Position numbers and translations under genes: made by a program. A stretch of 64,000 nt of DNA, taken from Eledone cirrhosa. Its lineage: Eukaryota. Positions 62,901 to 64,000 of the stretch are shown piece by piece. Position 1 is the first letter of the stretch. Every line of letters begins with the position of its first letter. The DNA is taken from assembly GCA_964016885.1 (NCBI GenBank), contig OZ024743.1, positions 326,244,001 to 326,308,000 on the forward strand, in the 5' to 3' direction. The notes below the pieces were generated by a model, which had not been told where the DNA came from, made no database searches, and worked only from the letters and a program-made list of their open reading frames with translations.

Positions 62901-63044
62901 AGCCGTCTCCCAGTCCTGTGGATTCCTCAACATCAGACTCACCTGAAAATGTTAGTTCTTGTATAAATGATCCAATTGTGAAAGCATATGGCAAATTAAA
63001 CTCTGATAGTGAACTCAACAACAGCACTCCAACTGAAGATCTAA
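6552..63044 (+). CDS. DIDO1: DIDO1/PHF3/pps-family PHD-BRK-TFIIS(M)-SPOC transcription regulator; partial gene with 20 coding exons, 5' and 3' ends not resolved
   Basis: Join of 6552-6874, 16441-16981, 21588-22808, 24615-24671, 26875-27721, 32046-32151, 32930-33126, 35747-35826, 36914-38080, 40919-41080, 42884-43106, 51287-51446, 53586-53745, 55669-55785, 56317-56439, 58218-58660, 59673-59823, 61533-61622, 61784-61979, 62481-63044. All junctions are GT-AG and in phase. Family motifs: KCIGAGC..SVYCSDECI, KYKARYRSLIFNIKD, MTADELAS.ELSQWR, KKTHKGE, DTT..HRKHLFDLNCKICTG, WKGFIHM, VCGRI.P..IWDY, LYSYLNSRGRCGVV..IKDMYIVPL. DIDO1 versus PHF3 orthology cannot be separated; this is probably a pre-duplication co-ortholog. 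Confidence 0.92.
7255..8196 (-). mobile_element. CR1-clade LINE, 5'-truncated
   Basis: ORF 7406..8152 contains WQLKLAVDKC, ERDLGITVSSDL, RPHLEFASPVWNPY, LETVQRRATKRI, YSERL and FFTLRVAEAWNKLP, all typical of the CR1 ORF2 C-terminus. It ends in a short ATT-rich tail. Confidence 0.88.
9632..12156 (-). mobile_element. RTE LINE subfamily A, copy 1 (5'-truncated, frameshifted)
   Basis: RT ORFs 10923..12170 and 9932..10864 (QFGFVPGRGTTDA, FVDLEKAFDRV, GVHQGSVLSP, YADD), with a 1-nt frameshift near 10935. (CAT)n tail at 9632. TSD-like taacca on both sides; the flanks rejoin a MITE. Confidence 0.93.
12915..13514 (-). mobile_element. Short non-autonomous Helitron-like element interrupted by a SINE
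   Basis: On the - strand it starts A|TCTATATATATAAA and ends in a GC-rich hairpin followed by TTAG|T, the same architecture as 34102-35087. Confidence 0.6.
13154..13500 (-). mobile_element. tRNA-derived CORE-type SINE (family 1) with RTE-derived 3' tail
   Basis: On the - strand: A box TGGCTTAGTGG, B box GAGTTCAATTC, CORE-like tccttgagcaagacactt, a 3' end nearly identical to the RTE subfamily A UTR, and a (GAT)n tail. Confidence 0.85.
13527..16038 (+). mobile_element. RTE LINE subfamily A, copy 2 (5'-truncated, disabled)
   Basis: ORFs 13492..14739, 14826..15341 and 15505..15756. A 5-nt duplication (gagcagagca, about 14630) causes a frameshift and there is a stop at 15339. (GAT)n tail; TSD atgaaa. 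Confidence 0.93.
16441..16981 (+). CDS. DIDO1: DIDO1/PHF3-like exon 2, coiled-coil and Thr/Ser-rich tract
   Basis: ttgttcag|A acceptor, AGG|gtatgt donor; lies within ORF 16358..17032; phase 2 to 0. Confidence 0.85.
18057..19280 (+). mobile_element. RTE LINE subfamily B, 5'-truncated
   Basis: ORF pieces within 17934..18296 and 18471..18935, a distinct 3' UTR, a (GAT)n tail and TSD-like tgatatatat. Confidence 0.9.
19602..21427 (-). mobile_element. RTE LINE subfamily A, copy 3 (5'-truncated, disabled)
   Basis: ORF fragments 21074..21433, 20741..21037 and 19906..20355; (CAT)n tail at 19602; TSD-like aatacat. Confidence 0.92.
21588..22808 (+). CDS. DIDO1: DIDO1/PHF3-like exon 3, charged low-complexity region with basic NLS-like stretches
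   Basis: tttttag|GGG acceptor, AAG|gtaagc donor; 407 codons in the frame of ORF 21744..22823. Confidence 0.88.
23824..24350 (-). mobile_element. Older RTE (Expander/Rex3-like) LINE 3' fragment
   Basis: Peptides FVPTLTYG, MRFLRRVFG, RIERSHLR.Y.HVAR and PRARWLD. A related fragment lies at about 255-460. Confidence 0.7.
24615..24671 (+). CDS. DIDO1: DIDO1/PHF3-like exon 4, 57-nt small exon (AASSEVPVTPTKKVTKKGK)
   Basis: tttttcag|GCT acceptor, AAG|gtagtg donor; phase 0-0. Confidence 0.7.
24958..25310 (+). mobile_element. tRNA-derived SINE family 2
   Basis: tRNA-like head with a GTTCAATTCC B box and the family body. It is inverted relative to the copy at 25925-26243. Confidence 0.7.
25494..25919. 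repeat. 43-bp minisatellite, about 10 copies
   Basis: Unit tcttaRccttttgtatacacatgtatcatccacatggaatgga, head-to-tail with no spacers. Confidence 0.95.
25925..26243 (-). mobile_element. tRNA-derived SINE family 2
   Basis: The - strand head reads ggatgcagcctagctgaatggctagg..gagttcgattct, followed by the family body. Confidence 0.7.
26875..27721 (+). CDS. DIDO1: DIDO1/PHF3-like exon 5
   Basis: ctttacag|AAG acceptor, AGTG|gtaagt donor; within ORF 26857..27729; phase 0 to 1. Confidence 0.88.
28054..28448 (+). mobile_element. tRNA-derived CORE-type SINE (family 1) with RTE tail, inserted in a TTAA MITE
   Basis: A and B boxes, CORE-like block, RTE-A 3' UTR, (GAT)n tail and TSD-like atgaag. Close match to 13154-13500. 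Confidence 0.88.
30130..30780 (-). mobile_element. Old degenerate RTE LINE fragment
   Basis: Reverse-strand similarity to the RTE C-terminus (KGFSL..K.RLYNAC..TAML.GSETWA). Confidence 0.65.
30808..31130 (+). mobile_element. tRNA-derived SINE family 2
   Basis: Head with gttcaatcc and tcttgggcaagtg, followed by the family body. Confidence 0.65.
31199..31378 (+). mobile_element. SINE family 3 (tRNA-like head with a Meta-domain-like core)
   Basis: gagttcaaatccc B box and core gcctttcatccttacggggtcgataaaataaagtaccag. Near-identical copies at 44893-45077 and 60178-60358. Confidence 0.75.
32046..32151 (+). CDS. DIDO1: DIDO1/PHF3-like exon 6, N-terminal part of PHD finger (CTIC)
   Basis: gttttag|AA acceptor, CA|gtaagt donor; phase 1 to 2. 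Confidence 0.85.
32930..33126 (+). CDS. DIDO1: DIDO1/PHF3-like exon 7, rest of PHD finger (CDIC..FHGHC..CDNC)
   Basis: cttgcag|A acceptor, GCAG|gttggt donor. Not in the ORF track; translated by hand as YLVDCDICRKSFHGHCAELTLEDMQRILQDGEKFVCDNC. Confidence 0.88.
34102..35087 (-). mobile_element. Non-autonomous Helitron with internal minisatellite
   Basis: On the - strand it starts A|TCTATATATATAAAA with (GTCT)n and ends in hairpin cccgagcaacgccggg followed by CTAG|T. There is no TSD. Confidence 0.85.
34405..34643. repeat. About 37-bp minisatellite inside the Helitron
   Basis: Unit tgtctgtctgcacgcctatatcacctctctgcacgac, about 6 full or partial copies. Confidence 0.9.
35747..35826 (+). CDS. DIDO1: DIDO1/PHF3-like exon 8
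   Basis: cttccag|TT acceptor, AAA|gtatgt donor; phase 1 to 0, needed to connect exon 7 to exon 9. Confidence 0.78.
36914..38080 (+). CDS. DIDO1: DIDO1/PHF3-like exon 9, TPVSTTKT repeat and RD/KD-rich region
   Basis: tttttag|AAT acceptor, ATG|gtaatt donor; 389 codons in the frame of ORF 36989..38218. Confidence 0.88.
37094..37630 (+). repeat. Coding 24-bp tandem repeat (T-P-V-S-T-T-K-T), about 21 units
   Basis: Core unit cctgtgtccacaacaaaaacMacc, in frame within exon 9. Confidence 0.95.
39521..40495 (+). mobile_element. Two adjacent old RTE LINE 3' fragments
   Basis: Peptide MCNVSVHE..ELREKLDIRGIRCSIQERKL.W.GHV; a second degenerate copy starts near 39880. Confidence 0.65.
40919..41080 (+). 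CDS. DIDO1: DIDO1/PHF3-like exon 10, Cys motif KCIGAGC..SVYCSDECIVRHA
   Basis: gtttcag|GAT acceptor, AAA|gtgagt donor. The motif parallels DIDO1 KCIGPGC..SVYCSNDCILKHA (from recall). Confidence 0.9.
42884..43106 (+). CDS. DIDO1: DIDO1/PHF3-like exon 11, BRK domain
   Basis: tttgcag|CCA acceptor, TATG|gtaaat donor; VVVLERKSGRILTGPTAPTESVLREWLTEHPTFEVL fits the BRK consensus. Confidence 0.88.
43148..43450 (+). mobile_element. tRNA-derived SINE family 2
   Basis: Family head and body, immediately downstream of the BRK exon donor. Confidence 0.65.
44313..44503. repeat. About 64-bp tandem repeat, 3 copies
   Basis: Unit tctgtaaattaaacaactaattctg(T)naatcgatggagacaacctagaaaaa. Confidence 0.9.
44893..45077 (+). 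mobile_element. SINE family 3
   Basis: Near-identical to 31199-31378. Confidence 0.75.
45229..45785 (-). mobile_element. RTE subfamily A-like 3' fragment
   Basis: ORF 45538..45789 (ERRLRWFGHV..GRPKKTW), the 3' UTR and a (CAT)n tail. Confidence 0.88.
46170..46745 (+). repeat. About 9 diverged ~47-bp units derived from an RTE/SINE 3' UTR, ending in a (GAT)n tail
   Basis: Unit gtgctggtgccacaataaaaYRcactc..ctgtaaagtggta, followed by ttaggaagggc..ccagctgtagaaa. Confidence 0.75.
46950..47088 (-). pseudogene. Captured exon fragment resembling PWP2 (WD40 ribosome biogenesis factor)
   Basis: Peptide SMNLYTVAANGIVNYWESNTDLNGLVTFKKEDHKEETEDLDMDNSTG followed by a G|gtatgc donor. It aligns by eye with recalled human PWP2 SLDLYSLSQDGVLCMWQCDTPPEGL plus the acidic stretch. 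No acceptor is present upstream. Confidence 0.5.
47215..47833 (+). mobile_element. RTE subfamily B 3' fragment with an internal ~113-bp tandem duplication
   Basis: Matches 50147-50527; duplicated units at about 47496-47608 and 47609-47720; (GAT)n tail. Confidence 0.88.
47905..48446 (+). mobile_element. Helitron-like non-autonomous element (5' end uncertain)
   Basis: (GTCT)n followed by ccctaaaactc, as in the adjacent element. It ends with the inverted repeat ctagcagaaaac..gttttctgctag and CTAG. Confidence 0.55.
48447..49351 (+). mobile_element. Non-autonomous Helitron
   Basis: Starts TCTATATATATAAAA; ends in hairpin tatcccgtgcaacgccggata followed by CTAG|T; contains a duplicated internal 5' block. 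Confidence 0.8.
49495..50530 (+). mobile_element. RTE LINE subfamily B, 5'-truncated, with the remaining ORF still open
   Basis: ORF 49463..50287 and the subfamily B 3' UTR. Confidence 0.9.
51287..51446 (+). CDS. DIDO1: DIDO1/PHF3-like exon 12, start of TFIIS central domain
   Basis: tatccag|GG acceptor, AG|gtaaac donor; encodes DDVRLNVKKSLHEALANR; phase 1 to 2. Confidence 0.88.
51568..52299. mobile_element. Possible hAT-like MITE
   Basis: Terminal inverted repeats tagggttgcactgat / atcagtgcatcccta; no clean 8-bp TSD. Confidence 0.4.
53586..53745 (+). CDS. DIDO1: DIDO1/PHF3-like exon 13, TFIIS central domain
   Basis: atttcag|G acceptor, AAG|gtaagt donor; translated by hand as IEEELHRLYNDSGHKYKARYRSLIFNIKDSNNK. 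Confidence 0.9.
55079..55420 (+). mobile_element. tRNA-derived SINE family 2
   Basis: tggctaagtga A-box-like and agtttgatccc B-box-like motifs, followed by the family body. Confidence 0.7.
55669..55785 (+). CDS. DIDO1: DIDO1/PHF3-like exon 14, TFIIS central domain
   Basis: tataaag|GGT acceptor, CAC|gtaagc donor; GLFRKILNKQIKPYRLVRMTADELASPELSQWR. Confidence 0.88.
55960..56270 (-). mobile_element. Old RTE LINE fragment
   Basis: Peptide GWKWFKELISLLTIKGFSF..YDACMCTTILHDSETWA. Confidence 0.7.
56317..56439 (+). CDS. DIDO1: DIDO1/PHF3-like exon 15 (KKTHKGE motif)
   Basis: tctttag|ACA acceptor, GAG|gtaact donor; phase 0-0. Confidence 0.88.
58218..58660 (+). CDS. DIDO1: DIDO1/PHF3-like exon 16 (DTT..HRKHLFDLNCKICTG motif)
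   Basis: ttaccag|GCA acceptor, AG|gtatgt donor; in the frame of ORF 58242..58691. Confidence 0.88.
59673..59823 (+). CDS. DIDO1: DIDO1/PHF3-like exon 17, start of SPOC domain
   Basis: gttttag|A acceptor, CTT|gtaagt donor; LVWKGFIHMQDLVKFMTTAYRLSG. Confidence 0.9.
60178..60358 (+). mobile_element. SINE family 3
   Basis: Near-identical to 31199-31378. Confidence 0.75.
60415..60590 (+). mobile_element. Diverged internal RTE fragment
   Basis: Encodes NKFRDILLDAYNRKEAELGTYNMEKNWVFLQDNL, homologous to the 5' ends of RTE copies 1 and 2. Confidence 0.7.
61533..61622 (+). CDS. DIDO1: DIDO1/PHF3-like exon 18, SPOC domain
   Basis: ttttcag|GAA acceptor, AGA|gtgagt donor; ELQDTVHVCGRIAPELIWDYLNRIKQTGSR. 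Confidence 0.9.
61784..61979 (+). CDS. DIDO1: DIDO1/PHF3-like exon 19, SPOC domain
   Basis: tttacag|GAT acceptor, CCAG|gtaatt donor; DICVLRF..YVMLYSYLNSRGRCGVV..IKDMYIVPL..LLPFDEPG. Confidence 0.92.
62481..63044 (+). CDS. DIDO1: DIDO1/PHF3-like exon 20, end of SPOC and Pro/Ser-rich tail
   Basis: tgtttag|GT acceptor; GLEDNRPHMLLGVIVRQK. Probable donor CTAA|gtaagt, after which the composition switches to T-rich intron sequence. Confidence 0.8.
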
Positions 63045-63149
63045 GTAAGTGCTATAATTTCATATATTTTGGTTCTTGTTTCATATATTTCTTTGGTTCA
63101 ATGCTTCTCATCCTTTTTTGTTCCATGCACCCTTTTCACTGTCACATAA

Positions 63150-63420
63150 CGTGCCAGGAACAGGTGAAGGGGTGTCAAGACAGAGGCGGGAAAGCATGCT
63201 GTGAGTCTTTTGAGGTAAACTGTAGAAGCATTGTGGAATGCTCGCTCAGCAAGTTATTCAGCCGACTAGCCTTTACAAGAGTAGAGAAAAGAAGAGCCTT
63301 TCAGTCTGTAATCAAAACAGCAGAGAAAACCACCGAGTGGCTTTGGATAAACTAGGTTGGTTGCTGCTGAATGGAGGTTAGGGCCTAATGATCCCAGGGC
63401 ACATCACAGATGATATGTCA
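63150..63420 (+). mobile_element. HERO/NeSL-like (RLE-type) non-LTR retrotransposon 3' fragment
   Basis: Peptide CQDRGGKACCESFEVNCRS..KRRAFQSVIKTAEKTTEWLWIN* resembles the recalled HERO C-terminus (C...GW...PIEVGCRG...AE.AS.WLW). It is followed by a short UTR, cacatcacagatgatatgtc. Confidence 0.6.
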
Positions 63421-64000
63421 CAGCTCATCTATAAAAATATATCTTGCACAGTGAATGTTATTCCCTCCTTTTCACTCTCCACATTCTAATTACCTTTATT
63501 TTTAGATCTTTATATTTGAAGATGTCCCTGAGCAAGGCACTTTATTTCGCCTGGAGTTGCAACCGACAGATAGTATTAGCAATTGGAAAGACCAATGGAA
63601 ACATTGTTTCTTCGGTCTGATTTGATGAGCTCCACCCCACTCTTTAAGCAAATGAGGTCTAGGATCTTGTTGATCGACTATCAATATATTTGAATAGCTT
63701 CTATATTTATTTTAGAAATATATTATTATCTGTTCAGACTGATACTTTGATTGGGAAGCACTTCCTTTCCTGGTGGTACTTGTCAACACCCATATTTTTT
63801 TCTTCAGCTTAATTTGTTGCTATTTAATCATTGTTAGAGGATATAGTATATAGCACTTGAGCTTACTCTAACATGTTGAGCGTTGGTGTTGCTATCATAG
63901 TCCTCCTCTTCCACCTTATGTTCATCACCGTGTGCATTTTATAAGGGCGGTTGACATGTCTTTGACACAACCAAAGAGTCTTCACAACCCTTTGTCTAGC

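Overview
AT-rich animal genomic DNA, most likely a coleoid cephalopod (Octopus-like). That assignment is inferred from the (GAT)n-tailed RTE LINEs and the tRNA/CORE-type SINEs. The whole window lies inside one + strand gene of the DIDO1/PHF3/Drosophila pps family. I reconstructed 20 coding exons between 6552 and 63044 (6928 nt, about 2309 codons). All introns are GT-AG and the reading phase is consistent across every junction; the start and stop lie outside what I can resolve. Domain order: long low-complexity N-terminal region, PHD finger, TPVSTTKT repeat, DIDO-type Cys motif, BRK, TFIIS-central, HLFDLNCKIC motif, SPOC. The introns are packed with 5'-truncated RTE LINEs, CR1 and HERO-like fragments, several SINE families, non-autonomous Helitrons, TTAA-flanked MITEs, a mariner remnant and minisatellites. 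The most notable observations are: (1) young, oppositely oriented RTE copies that could form competing multi-kb dsRNA stems around one exon; (2) a PHD-like C4HC3 finger inserted inside the RTE reverse transcriptase; (3) an antisense PWP2-like exon fragment in an intron; (4) a Thr-Pro repeat and a degenerate PHD cage in the host protein. Exon numbers refer to order within this window. Repeat boundaries and identities are by eye.
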